Shown here: piece by piece, positions 25,416-38,849 of the stretch
Layout of the letters: every line of letters starts with the position of its first letter
Numbering within the stretch: the first letter of the stretch is position 1
From: Balanoglossus misakiensis
Taxonomy: Eukaryota; Animalia; Hemichordata
Reading direction: 5' to 3'
DNA length: 64,000 bases
Assembly (NCBI GenBank): GCA_040954595.2
Contig: CM082576.2
Span: 19,639,028 to 19,703,027, forward strand
Notes under the pieces: model-generated
Database searches by the model: none
Seen by the model: the letters and a program-made list of their open reading frames with translations, nothing else
Told to the model about the DNA's origin: nothing
Position numbers and translations under genes: made by a program

Positions 25416-25430
25416 GTGAGACATAAAATA

Positions 25431-26856
25431 CTGTTCCTGATGCTCCGTGAGAACTGTCAAGTAGCCACGGTTCTAGGCGACATAGGATGGATGTCCACGG
25501 TACGGGAGGAGGCCATGCATGTATACGGGAAGGAAAAGAATGAAGCCAACCTGCCCGTACCATCCGACGCAGCCATAAAAACCTGCACACTACCTCGGGA
25601 GTTCAATCCAGGCCGCGTACGTGGGGGATTCGTTGGCCATATCTCCCCGCAAGAGCCCACAAGAACCACCACCGCAGCTGACGACCTGGAGGAAACTTTG
25701 AGCATCTTCCGGGATCCGCAGCTGGAAAAACAGGTACTCGGTGGCGACAAGGACCAGGCGATGGAGGTGTCGGAAGGGCCAGACCCACCCCGCACCCGTG
25801 TATCACCCCCAATAGCAGTAGCGAGAGACGGGGGAAACCAAGGGCTGCTGCAGGAGCCATCACCCCACGCCAAGAAATGCTGCCGCTGCAGTCACTGATC
25901 AACCCATTGGAGCTGGAGGCGACATTGGAGGCGGGGGAATATCTAATCCCCTGGGAACTTCGACGCCACCCCGGCAGCCCTACTAGGTCCAGATCCCCAA
26001 CCCGGTCGCCGCGACCGGAGCGTTCTCGAGAGGAAAGGCGGGACCGCCCACCTTCCCGTGAACGACCATCCTTTTCATGCTGGGGAGATCTCAGCCCCAG
26101 ACGTCGATCACCGATCCGGTATCCGACGCCGGAACCGCCCAAAGAAGACGAACGCCGCTGGAGGAGCGCCAGGCCGGCCCGAAGGAGCCCCCTATCCTCT
26201 GTTCCACATTACTCATCAGGCCCTTCTCCATGTCCGTTCCCGGGAGGCCGGAGGTCCACGCGCAAACTGAAGAAACACGCCTTTCAGTGCCACCTTCCAG
26301 TTATTTTTACTGAGAAGCCGGTAGTATTCCGCGAGCGGGACGCGGTGGAGGCGTTAGAGAAACTCACCTATACTGGCTGTGTGGTCCAGGAAATGAAATA
26401 CCCGACCTGCTAGACTTCTATATCCGCAGGGGCGGACCTGGACGGATCCCTACGGAATCCTTTTGTTCACCGGAGTCCATGGTGATGATGAAGCGCCTGT
26501 GCGTCTTCCAGGGGTGGGAGGTGCCGAACAGGTTCCGACTGAGCTCCCCCACCACACCAGCGATTCTCATCCACTGGCGTGTCCTTAGCATACTGCTGAG
26601 GTGGGTATCCCAATCACGACAGGAAGAATTCCGGGAAATCCGACCTCACCGGAAAACATCATCAATCCGGACACAGCAACCAGAGAGGACGGGGGCGGAA
26701 GCAGTCGCACAGAATCCATCGACGCAGGGGGAGCGAGGACGCGCCAGGGGTTTTTGATGCATTTTTTATCCCCCAAGCGTGCGCGGAGGAGTGCCGAGTG
26801 GAAGACGCGCCCACCACCATAGATGACCTCACTGACTACGATGTTGGTGTCCCCCC
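25431..26856 (+). pseudogene. GC-rich decayed coding block (RS-rich stretch, C2H2-like remnant), probably TE-derived
   Basis: Abrupt rise in GC. Consecutive frameshifted ORFs 25182-25898, 25877-26413 and 26479-26757 with CPFPG(G)RRSTRKLKKHAFQCHLP and PAILIHWRVL. Confidence 0.5.
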
Positions 26857-29800
26857 TGTTATGTTTCCATCAACATGGGAATAATAATGCGATCATAAGG
26901 TATAACAACAACCTATTTATTGATCGGCTGAAAAGACTCAACAATGTGCTTCGCCTTATCTGGGCGGAAGTGACGTCGTACAGCAATTCATAAACAAGTG
27001 GAACACCAACAATGCAACACTAGAGGGCGCTATATTGATCGTAGCTGTCAGAATACTACATCCCCTCTTCTTTAAGATAAATTGTTTCAAAACTCTTTTT
27101 GAATACGAATGTCACTGTGAATTGTCCTGTGCAAACTCTGCATTCATCTTGAATCAGTCTTTGTCAAAATCAAACGCAACGAACATGAAAAATACTCTGG
27201 GAAAAATGTGATAAATTTTCCTCTGTATAACTCAACTTTCTGTGGAACAAATGGCGTATCTCAATATCAGAAAAAGCTATCAATCAGTCACATAATCTTT
27301 GTATCGAGACGGCTTTTGTATATTTGTTCTGGTTCGTGTTGATCTCAACGATTCTTGGGCTGGTGACGCTGGCATTGCGGGTTGTTGAGGCGGTGTTCCG
27401 TCTGTGACTGCTGGTGCAATATTGTGTTGATCCATCCCTGTCTGTGCTGGTTTCAGTTCTGCGCTGACTGGTTTCATGTGGATCCTGTTGCGTCGCATTT
27501 GTTTCCCGTTGTCTAACTTCACGGTGTAGGACCTAGGTGTGTTTGCTGGGGCTACAACTCTCGCTGGACTCCATGTTTTGCTGATTGGGCTTTGTACATG
27601 GACTTGTTGACCTGTCAGCAATTCTGGTAGTTGTCTGGAGTGCTGGTCGTGGCTGGAAGTCTGGGCCTGCTGTTGAGATGTCAGGTATTGACGAACTTCC
27701 TCCCCGTTTCTTGCTGGGTGAATTTTGGCTGGGAGAGTTGTCTTGTATGCTCTGCTGTTCAGCAACTCAGCTGGTGATGGTATGTTGGACTTCAATGGAG
27801 TCGCGCGAAGTGCCAACAATGCTAGATTCGGATCATCTCCGGACTCTTTGCACTTCATCAGGATGTTCTTCACGGTCTGTACATGTCGCTCGATAAAACC
27901 GTGCCCTTTGGGATAGTATGGTGATGATGTGACTATCGCAAAACCATACTTCTCAGTTAGGCTGTGGAAGTCTCTAGCTGTAAACTGAGATCCGTTGTCA
28001 CAAACTAGTTTCTCGGGTATTCCTTGCTCTGCAAATAGAATTCGGAGGGCTCTCATAATGGTACTGGCTCTGAGGTCTTCAAGTTTCCTAATGAAGGGGA
28101 ACTTGGAGTAGTAGTCAGCAACTATCATGTACCATGTTTGGTTCACGTAGAATAGGTCTGCTCCAATTGTGTGCCACGGTCGTGGTGGAATTTCCATTGG
28201 AATCATCGGTTCCTTCTGCTGGGAATTCTGGAATTTCTGGCACGCGTTGCATCCTGTTACTAGTCTCTCTATATCTTTACAAATTCCAGGCCAGTACATG
28301 CTGGATCTGGCTCTCAGCTTGCATTTCTCGATCCCCAGGTGACTGCTATGAATGCGTTGTAGCATTTCATCTCTCATTACTGCTGGTATGAGGAGTCGGC
28401 TGCCTATCAGGATAATACCATCTTCGATAGCGATATCGTCTCGAATAGACCAGTAGGGTCGAATATCAGCGTGAATGTCCTTGATGCTATCTGGCCATCC
28501 TTTCAGGACTTGCTGGATCAATAATTGAAGAATTTCATCTTTGGTAGTTTCTTCTTTGATCTCCATCTGTCTCATTGGTGTGATCTTCACCAGGTGGTGT
28601 ATCTAGACTTTCATGTCACTGATTTCGTTCTGATCTTGTGGTGACAGTCTAGATAGTGCGTCGGCAAGTATCATCTGTTTGCCTGGCTTGTAGTGTATGG
28701 TGAAATCATACGGCTGTATGCGCAACAGCATTCTCTGTAATCGGGGTGGTGCCTTGGTCAAATTCTTCCTCTGAATTTGCTCCAACGGTCGATGATCACT
28801 CTCTACTATGAAACTTCTGCCGTAGAGATATGTGCGAAACTTCTCACATCCGTAGACTACCGCGAGTAGTTCTCTTTCTATATTGGCGTATCGGGTTTCC
28901 GCTGGTGTCAGGGCCTTGGACGCAAATGCTATAGGTCTCTGTTCCTGTATGAGCACCGCTCCGATTCCCTTTCCCGATGCGTCGACTTGTAGAGTGACAG
29001 GCTTCTTACGGTCGTAGTAAGCAAGTGTAGTCTTTGTGCTGATCAGGTCCTTGATCATATTGAAAGACTTTGTGTGTGTCGGAGACCACTCAAACTCAGT
29101 GTCGTCTCTGATGAGCTCTCTCAGTGGTGTTGTGTGTTCAGCTAATCTGGGTATGAATGAACCTATGTAGTTCACCATTCCGAGGAATGTGCGCAGTTCG
29201 GTCTTGTCTCTAGGCGGATGCATCATCTCTATCGCCTTGACCTTTTCTGGGTTGGGTTTAACTCCGTCTTCTGTGTATAACATGCCAAAGAAACTAGATT
29301 CTTTTGTCTTGATGTAGCATTTCTCTTTGTTCAGTTTAATGCCTGCTTTCCTGGTTCGTTCCATGGCTTCGTGTAGATGCAGGTCATGGTGTCGCTCTCC
29401 TGATCCGAAGACTTGTATATCGTCTGCAATGCCGACTGCACCTTCACACTCTCTGTATGTTTCATCAATTTTGAATTGAAACACATCTTGGCTCATCCTT
29501 AGCCCAAATGGCATTCGTAGGAATCTGTAACGGCCATATGGTGTGTTAAAGGTCGTCAGGAAGGATGTTCTTCATCGATCTTTACATTCCAGTATCCGTT
29601 CCGCGCGTCTAGCTTGCTGAAAAGTGTTGCGCCTGCCAACTTTGGGGTAATCTCCTCCAATGTGGGTGTAGGGTAATGATCCCTTTTAATGGCTTTGTTC
29701 AAGTCCTTCGGGTCCAGACAAATGCGAAGTCTTCCATTGTCTTTCTCCCGGACAACAAGAGAATTGACCCAGTTCGTGGCGATGATTTGCTTATCTTCCA

Positions 29801-31729
29801 TCTCCTGCAGCTCGGTTTTGAGTCTATCCATTAGTTCTAATGGAACTCTGCGGGCAGGGTGTACTACTGGTTGTACTTCTGGATCAAGAGTGATGTGGTA
29901 TGTGTAGTTTTCAAAACATCCGACCACGTCGTCAAAGCAATCAGGGTACATCCTCAGCAACTGTTCTTTGTTCTTTATGGGAGGGCGGTCCCTGATGGGT
30001 GTATTACTGTCTATGTAGTCATCTGCAGGGTTTCTGTTTCTTCCTGCTGGCTTCTGTTCGTTCATCTTTCTCTTTTCCACTTCCACATTTCTTCCAGGCT
30101 GTGCTGTCTTGCACTCTGGGCTCGCCTGCACTTGTATGGCTTCTACTGAACAGTTTATTTGTATCAGGTTTAAGGCTCTGCTTGCCTTTAACCCTAAAAT
30201 GGCTGGGCCTGCGGCGTCAGTTACATAGAAGAGGCATCTGATTTTCCTCTCTCTATGTTCACATGGAATGACGATGGTGCCAAGCTGTTTGATTTTGGAA
30301 CCTCCATATGCGGTAAGGATTGTTTTATTTTCCTTCAAGTGCCCGCGTTTTGGATTTCCGTGTTTATCCAGTTTCTCTGGAAATATGATCTTGAAAAGGC
30401 AGAGGGGCAGTATATTGCTCTGTGCACCGGTATCAATCTTGCATCTCAGTGCTACTTTCCTTTTCTTTTCGCTCTGTGTGATTGTCAGTTTCGTGTATAT
30501 TTCTTCTTGTCTGTTGATGTTGTCCAATGCATTTATTTCGATAGTTCCAACATCTAGGACTTCATCATCTATTTGATGCATGTTGCTGCTCGAGCGTGTC
30601 ACATTATGGATTGGTTTTCCACCTCGTCTCTGCTGTGACTTCGGTTCGCTTGAGCTGGTTTTGGAACGGCATACCGCCTGCCAGTGATTAGGTTTCCCAC
30701 AATTTCGGCATTTCGAGCCATATGCTGGGCAGTTACTTTTCACTGAGGTGTCATGCTTTTTTCCGCAATGCTTACATTGTTTGGGGTGTGTCTTGTTGGG
30801 CTGCCTTTTTACTGCGTTGACAGCTTTGCTATCCACAGGATTAGCAATATGGCAATTTGTGAGCGTTTTCATGTGTTTTGTTGTGGCTTCGTGACCTCTA
30901 GCTATATCGAGCGCCTCCTTCAAGGTCAGTTTCTCATCACGCCCAATAAGTTTCTTCTGTATTTCTTGGTGACAGATCCCCCATATCAACTGATCTACGA
31001 GTCTTGCTTCCTGTTCATTTGTATCCCCAAATTTGCATTTGGCGGCTTCATTTTTCAATTTCGAAAAGAAATCATCAACTGGTTCTCCAGGGTCTTGTCT
31101 CATATCTTGGAATTGGTATCTATGTATGCGATGATTCGACTTCGGCTCTAAGTGTTCGGAAAATTTGTCGAATAGTACTGTGGGGTCTTTCCGCTGGTCT
31201 TCATTTTCAAACGACCAACTGTTGTATTTGTCAAGACCTGGTTCACCGGACCATAGAAGTATGTAGCTAGCTTTCTCTTCATCGTTAGCATCTTTAAGTG
31301 CTGTCTTAAATGTTAACTCACATTTTTGACGAAAACGACTGAAGGCTATTGCTAGATCTGGCGCGTCCCATTCCATCTTTGGGGCTGTGAAGGGCGTTTG
31401 TAGTGCGGCCGCCATCTTGTCAGGTCAGTTCGATGGTCTTTTCTTCTGTAGTTTTGGTGTCTTGTGTAGTCGATACTGTGTAAAGTCTGCTTACATCTGA
31501 TCACTCACGTTCACCGCTGCCACCATGTTATGTTTCCATCAACATGGGAATAATAATGCGATCATAAGGTATAACAACAACCTATTTATTGATCGGCTGA
31601 AAAGACTCAACAATGTGCTTCGCCTTATCTGGGCGGAAGTGACGTCGTACAGCAATTCATAAACAAGTGGAACACCAACAATGCAACACTAGAGGGCGCT
31701 ATATTGATCGTAGCTGTCAGAATACTACA
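26857..31729 (-). mobile_element. Full-length Ty3/Gypsy LTR retrotransposon (Mag-like)
   Basis: 204-bp LTRs at 26857-27060 and 31526-31729, identical by eye, TG..CA ends. PBS TGGTGGCAGCGGTG (31525-31512). PPT AAAGAAGAGGGGA. Flanks CCCCC / CACCC in a poly-C tract. Confidence 0.96.
27280..31415 (-). pseudogene. Gypsy gag-pol with disablements
   Basis: Two Cys/His knuckles, KIDTGA protease, IADD RT, VDAS..ERELLA..SDH RNase H, HHCC and D-D-E integrase. 1-nt deletion near 29567, TAG at 28603-28605, apparent short in-frame deletion at QIIATNWVNS. Confidence 0.92.
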
Positions 31730-33778
31730 CACCCCCCCCCCCCCCCCCCCGCATGTTTAAAGGTTTCTATAGAAAAGCATTGTTGAGGTTCACAAAACTT
31801 TGAAGAAGCTTTGCAACCCTAACTTTGGCCAAAGATTTGAATGTTAAGGTTTCACAAACGTAGTTACAGCTGAGGTTCAACTAAGACTAGTATAAGAGGC
31901 TTCAGCACGCCAAGTCTTGTAGCAAGCTTCAACACAAAGCTTTTTGCAACATTGTTCAAAGTGTTGTCAAAGGTACTGCACAACCCTGGTGAAGTAGTGC
32001 TATATTTTCAATTAAATGGCTTAAGCCATTTGTCTCTCGAACCAGAATTGCACCAGAGTTAAATACACACAGCTTGAAATTGTAAAATGTTGCAAAATCA
32101 AACGATCACATCCTTACACCTATTATTAGAACCAGAAGTTGAGTCAAAATTTTCCTACCTAGAAATTTTCTTTCCTATGAAGTTTTTTGCTTATTGGCAT
32201 TCATATGGGAGCCTAGACCTATTCCAGCTGAGTTGCCAAAATGGCAATGTTGGACAATTCTTCTAATATGCATGATCAAAAATGGCCGCCAAATACCTTC
32301 TCTAAAATAAAACTTGGCCCTTTTTTCTCAAAATTATGTGTAATATCTAAAATTTCAGGATTTGCATCCATATTGGTTATGTATTGCAAATATGGCAGTG
32401 TTTGGCAACTTTTCTATTTTGCATAATCAAAAATGGCCGCCAATCACCACTAAAAGTGAAATTTTGCCATGTTTCCCAAAATGATGCGCAATATCGTATT
32501 TTCAGGATTAGCACATCATATGGGTACCTTTAACAATACAACTGTGTTGCAAATTTGGCAGTGTTACCGTACTAATCATGAAGCAAGGAAGTGCAACCTC
32601 TGTATCCCAAATATATGTCTATCCCCACTCACAAAGAGCCAGCCCCTCTGCATCATCCTGTTCCTCAATCTCACGATGGGAATCCTTTTCAGAATTCCGA
32701 CCTCAAAACATCCAGGGATTCACCATCATTCACCACACCCTCGTCAGTATCCACCATGTTTAGATCCAATGCCTGAACATGTTGTCTCTTTATCTATGGA
32801 TTGCGTTAAAGGCCAGTGGGAGTTTCATCCCGTTTTTTTGCAATTTTGACCATTTTTATATGGTGCATAATGCTAGAGTACATATCATCCATACAGGATG
32901 ATGCATGTACAGTGATGGGAAATGTATCAATCCACTCCTGCACTAGATTTGCATACAGTGCCATACCTTTTAGGGCTATTTTCTTGACCCTTTTGATAGT
33001 CTGCTGGTCAAAATTGGCTGGCCAAAGTGGCCAGCAGAGACATTCTTCCAATACCCTTCATAGTGCCAACAGACAAGGCTTGGATATACAACCTGTGTTG
33101 CTTGTAAGGCACACATCTCCAATTGGTACATTGGGCCAATTATACTGTACATGTGTACAGCTAGGAAAAAAATATACTTCATCATAGTTTCCATGGTCAG
33201 CAGCTTCAATAACTTGTTGCCTTTTCTTACTGAACATTTTGACTTATAAAGAAGTATAACAAGAATAAAGTTGTCCAATTAGTGTTGGCAGGGGGGTGGG
33301 GGATGTGTTCTCCCATACAAAGGTGTATAGGTATGTAGTCTTTAAGAAAAACTTGGGGTAAATGACCAGAAAATTTGACTTATAATACAAATAGGTCGGG
33401 TTTTGGGCATTTACACGTGTTGATGTTATCGACTGGGGCGACAGACTACCATCCGAAAAAATTTCAAGTACCCCCCCCCCCCCCTCGGGTGCCGGCCAGT
33501 GGGATGGAGGTGATAGAAACTGTTGTAGATACAATAGAGGCCTACAACCTGAAAACCTTCTGGCTTTAACCGAGGACTTGCCATTAAAGATACCTGTAGG
33601 CCCCTATATGCTGCTCCCACATACACTCCCAGTCCTAAACCTTGCATCTGATTTGTGGTGCAGATGAAGAATTAAGATTGGCTTGACAATTAGCACACTT
33701 AATTGCCTGTTATGAGATATAATACATACAATCATGGGACAAGAATGGCAAAAGTTAAATTATCCAGCAGGTGTTTGA

Positions 33779-34006
33779 ATTATGCAAATTAGAGCAGTTG
33801 TCTAATATTGCCATGTCAACCATGTTGAAATTGTTTTAGGTACCCATATTAATGGAAACCCTGCAAATTCGATATTACACACCATTTAAAACAAATATGG
33901 GAAATTAACATGTTAGAGAAATTTGGCGGCCATTTTGGATTATGCAAATTAGAACAGTTGTCTAATATTGCCATGTCAACCATGTTGAAATTGTTTTAGG
34001 TACCCA
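33779..34006 (+). repeat. Direct repeat of about 68 bp, two copies
   Basis: ATTATGCAAATTAGARCAGTTGTCTAATATTGCCATGTCAACCATGTTGAAATTGTTTTAGGTACCCA near 33779 and 33939. Confidence 0.9.
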
Positions 34007-34535
34007 GGAGAGTTGAATGAAAATGCCATTTGCAATGCAGTTGTCTTGTATTGGGTGCCCATATTAAGGCATTCTTGAAAACGAAACATTATTCATCATT
34101 TTGACGCAAACAGAAAAGGTGTTCAAATGCAAATTGGAAGAGTTGCCCAACCCTGCCATATTTGCAATACAGTTGTAGTGACTGTCAACTCGACTACAGA
34201 CAGTCTCGATGAACACAAGACATGATCCCAATTTGCAAGCTGAGTTGAAACTGACTGCTGCAGTAACTTAGCTGTGGGAATGTCTTGTGTGATTTAAAAC
34301 AATGATGACCAAATTTAACACAGTTTCTCTGAGGTAACCATTTAGCTTTCAGGACTAAGTTTGTTTAAGAATCCTTTATTCTACCCAAGGAACAAATTTC
34401 CTTAGAATTTCACAACTGAGACACAGTTTACAGATATACAAAAAGTGCGTACTACAAACATAAGAAATTGTTTGCATTTTTTTTTTCTGATGGCAATGCA
34501 TTTGACTGTAAACAGACATTGACGTCCTTTAGTAA

Positions 34536-35366
34536 GGGACTGTTCAGTTTTGGTGGAGGGGGGGGGCAAAAGTTTGTGTCATTGGTTTTCAAAATCAGGC
34601 CGACACCCCCTTCAACCAGGACCAAAAAAATGATGACCCCCCCCCCCCCTTTGACAGGACCAAAATATGATGACCCTCCTCCCACCCCGAAAACATTCGC
34701 CATCCTTATCTTATGTACACTGACTGTATGCAATAAAGGTAAAGGGTCTCCTCACACCTCAATTCTAAATTTCTTAAAAAAATTTATAATTTGAAGTGTA
34801 TAATAGTATAGCGTTGCAATAAAGAAGGTCTATGGATAAATTAAAAGGACACGTCAATACAATAGTTGGTAGAATTGGTAAAACAAGAAAAGTGGAAGGG
34901 GTGGGTGTACGTAGGACAATTTTGTAAAATACAATTAATGCATTTTAATGAACTCAAAGGCAAATTAACTTAATGTTGGGGAGGACAAATTTGACTTTTG
35001 CCACTCAAAGTTAACATCAGTGGGGGTGGGATGGCAAGTATTCTGCCCTGGTACACTATATGTGGCGAAGAAATAAGGGGATGGGTGTGGGAGGGGATGT
35101 CCTCCTTCCACATAAGAAAACTTTGTAAAATATGTAGCTCAAAGTTGCATTTTAATGAAGTCAAAAGCAAATTACATGTATCTCAATGTTTGAAAGGACC
35201 AATTTTACTGTTGCCACTCCACTCAAAGTTAGCATCGGTGGGTACATGTATATGACATCCCCCCTAAACGTTTGAAAAAAAGATGACTCCCTCTTTTGGA
35301 TTTCAAAATTTAAGTGACCCCCTGGATTTTGCCAGCCTCCCCCCACCGTAAAAACTGAATGGTCCC
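34536..35366. mobile_element. PIF/Harbinger-like MITE
   Basis: TAA on both sides. TIR GGGACTGTTCAGTTTT / AAAACTGAATGGTCCC. The related repeat at about 51505-51530 shows the empty site. Confidence 0.8.
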
Positions 35367-38300
35367 TAAGCGCTATTTTGTCAGTGAAATGGCTCCATTA
35401 TTATCCCTCCAACCATAGTTGAAACGGAGTTAAATATGTACAGCTTGAAATCATAAAATGTTGCAAAATTGAACCAAGAGATTGGTCAATGATCAAGTTC
35501 TTACAGCTATTACTAGAACCATACAGTCTCAGCAAACAAGAGACATTGGTCCGATTTGCAAGCCGAGTTGGAACTGACTTTGCCTGCACACAGATGTGCC
35601 AATTTCAGCGAATCTTATCGTATTTAAAAATGAATATGGAGAATTGTTATCTGTGTTCCTATTGCTAGCCTACATACATGTAGCTGTTGTCATTCTAGTG
35701 TTTTTTTTCTGTATACCAAAATTGCCACACTGTTTGGGATACTTTTATCAAATGTTATGTGATACTATATCAGCCTGTTTTGGGGATCTTGACAATGACA
35801 TATATTAGACTTTTCATACACAGCATGAGGTAGAATTTCAGAAAAGATTAGGTAATAAGACTGCATATCTCATAGGAAATAATCACTTTAGAAGTATTAC
35901 GATAAAAAAAAATCATTTCACTCTTATTGGGAGCATACATTTGTAAAACATACATACAGACATGAATACAGACATAGAGAGATCAAGGTGTATACGATTT
36001 TCAGTGGGGGAGGGGGTCCTCCTTAATTGCAAACAACTATGTAATGGTAATTTCCCTTTTATAATAACAATTTTTGAGGTATAAGGAAAAAATATCAAAC
36101 AAAATAAACAAAAAAACTAATTCAGCTATGATTTGATTCAATTATCATTCTAAAGAAGCACATATCATTAACTCACTACTAAACTTTTAAAGTGATCAAC
36201 CATGCACTTTCTGAGAATTTTTTTTATGCCCCCAAAATACAATTTTTTCATTTTCAGAACATTTATGATATATCACAGTAAAAAAATCCCCTGGAAACTG
36301 CAAAACAAAAAATTGCAAAGCAATCAAACAAAAATGGCAAAAATTGTCCACAAAAACTATATTGACACTTCCATCATAGGATTTGTTAAAATGTCGTGAT
36401 AACACACCTAGGAACCTGCAAACCAAATTTCAAAGAACTGTGAGTAGAGGTTTTTGAGTATTTGACCAAAATCACCCCAAAAATATACTTCAAACCAGAT
36501 ATTAACTGAATATGCTCACGTGCAGTACTGTGATTGGTTGACAGAATAACAAGATTAGAAAAACCAGTGTTAAACCAATTTGGTTTATAGTGTATATGGT
36601 GTAAGGGTTGTGTGTTGCACCATTGTGAAATGTAAACATGTTTGTGGAATTGTTGCCTTGTCAATTTTTGTAAGGGGTTATGAGTCATGTACCCCATCCT
36701 GAACTGCATAAAAAGATAAGTCTATGGAATTCTAAAACTCGTTGATCAAAAATGGCAAGAAATATACCAAAAAGTATGAATATTTCACCAGATTTCAACA
36801 AATCTGATTTCTGTTCATGCCTAAGAACCTCTTTAACAAGTTTCAATAAGGAAGACATTTTGGCAAACAACAGGTAATTCAGACAAATCTGACTGATATC
36901 ACATATATGAATTCCCATTCAAAGTTTCCAATCAATTGGACTTGTGGTTTCACTGAAGACTATTTGGCCAAACCCTGCAGAATTCCCAAAAAATACAATT
37001 ATGCAAATTTCTTTACAATTTGATCATATCTGACTGAGATCACCCCTAGAAACCCAAATACAAAGTATCAAAACAATTGCACTTACAGTTTCACGGGATT
37101 TGATTTTTTGACAAAAACAGGAAATATTGCCCAAAAATGCATTTTTGCAAATTTCACCACCGTTTGCACAAATGTGATTCAGGTAAGCCTTATGAACCTC
37201 CATACCAAGTTTCCAATCAATTGGACATGTAATTTCAGAGAAGAATTTGTTTAAACAAAACTGCAGAAAATTCCCCCAAACATTCATAAAAAATAGCAAA
37301 CGCCAGATACTGACTCCACCTGAACAAAATCATACGAGGTCTTCCCATAGTACTTGCACACCAATGCACGCCAATTTTTAACTGAATCTGATCCGCTGTT
37401 ATTAAGTTTTTCAATTTTGACTATTTGAACATTTTTCCAGTTAATACCAGTATGCATTTTTTCGCAATAACAATTTCTATGTACACACTAAATATCAGTA
37501 GTTTCAAGTTTTTGATGTTGATGGACATACACATACATACATCAATACATTTAGACGAAACTGATCCATTCACAAAATACATAATTCTGTATGAGGCACA
37601 CATACAGACATACATAGACGACGGACACCAACTTATGCTATAAGCTGACATTGATATACATGTTAGCCAAAAACCAAAATCAACCTCAAAATAGACATTA
37701 AAATATATTGCACCACCATGAGAAGACAAATTCATTTTTCGACAAATTTTCTGGGGCGTCATTGATATAGCATGGCATATTGTCAAAGTACGTAGTCTCT
37801 GTGATAAGATTCCATACACACAAAATGGTAACCTTGGAAGTCCAGCTGACGTAGTTATGCAATGGCGTCTCGTGTATTCCGTCGCCAAAAAATCATCGTA
37901 AAATTGATAGTCGGGGTCACAATTCAAGACGACTTTCTCTAAATTCTTTATGAATGGATTAAATTGAAATCGAAATGTTGACGTATGACGTACGGAATGA
38001 GATCTGAACAGACATTCAATGTTATCATTCTCGCTCGATCACATATTGGGTAAGCCATCTAGCAATCGCTATATAGTATTGGCGATAACAGACTGTCTAT
38101 AAACTCACAAAACGGATTTTACTGTTGAGTGTGATCAACCGCCACGTTATTTTTCTCTGAACAATAGACAAATAGAAAGCCTGGTGACATTTTGAGATTG
38201 ACTGCGTGAGGACCACAATATGCGTGAATCATTTACCGTTTGTCTTGATGAATGGGTCACGTCATAGTCATAACGCGGATTCGGCTGCACGCCAACTATC

Positions 38301-38689
38301 CGCCATATTGTCTCCACTAACTTACTCGTAAGTAGTTTCAAACTTCATTTGAAAAGAGTATTCGTCTGACAGTCCTGTAGATTAACAATTTACGCTCTAT
38401 GAAGCAACTAAACAACGTTAGCTTCCTTGTGGATTCACGTAGGGAAGTTATTCGTAACGACGGGTACATCGTCTGAGCATGGACAGAACAACGGCAATAT
38501 CGCCAGGAATGTCTCATTTCACAGCGCCCTCAAACAGTCGATCTCCTCAAACTATCGTTTCCACTGGTCATATATGCGGCATTAACGAAAGCTAACATAG
38601 ACAACCATGTAATAGAAAAATTAAAACTTAAATAACTTCAATAATATCAAAGCCACACCCACCAAAACATTTTCAGTTCTTGCCATATG

Positions 38690-38849
38690 ATATCTGAACC
38701 TGTGTACTAAATTTGGTTGAAATCGGTTCAGCGGTTCTTGAGATATCGGGTATACAGACAGACACACACACACATACATACATACACACACACACGCACA
38801 CAGACATCGCTAAACCATAAGCTCACGTGATTTTCACGTGAGCTAAAAA
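38690..38849 (+). mobile_element. End of HINE/Helentron-like non-autonomous repeat (microsatellite plus terminal hairpin)
   Basis: CAGA/CA/CATA microsatellite followed by AGCTCACGTGA-TTT-TCACGTGAGCT and an A-run. Similar ends near 37600-37675 and 42320-42400. Confidence 0.5.
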
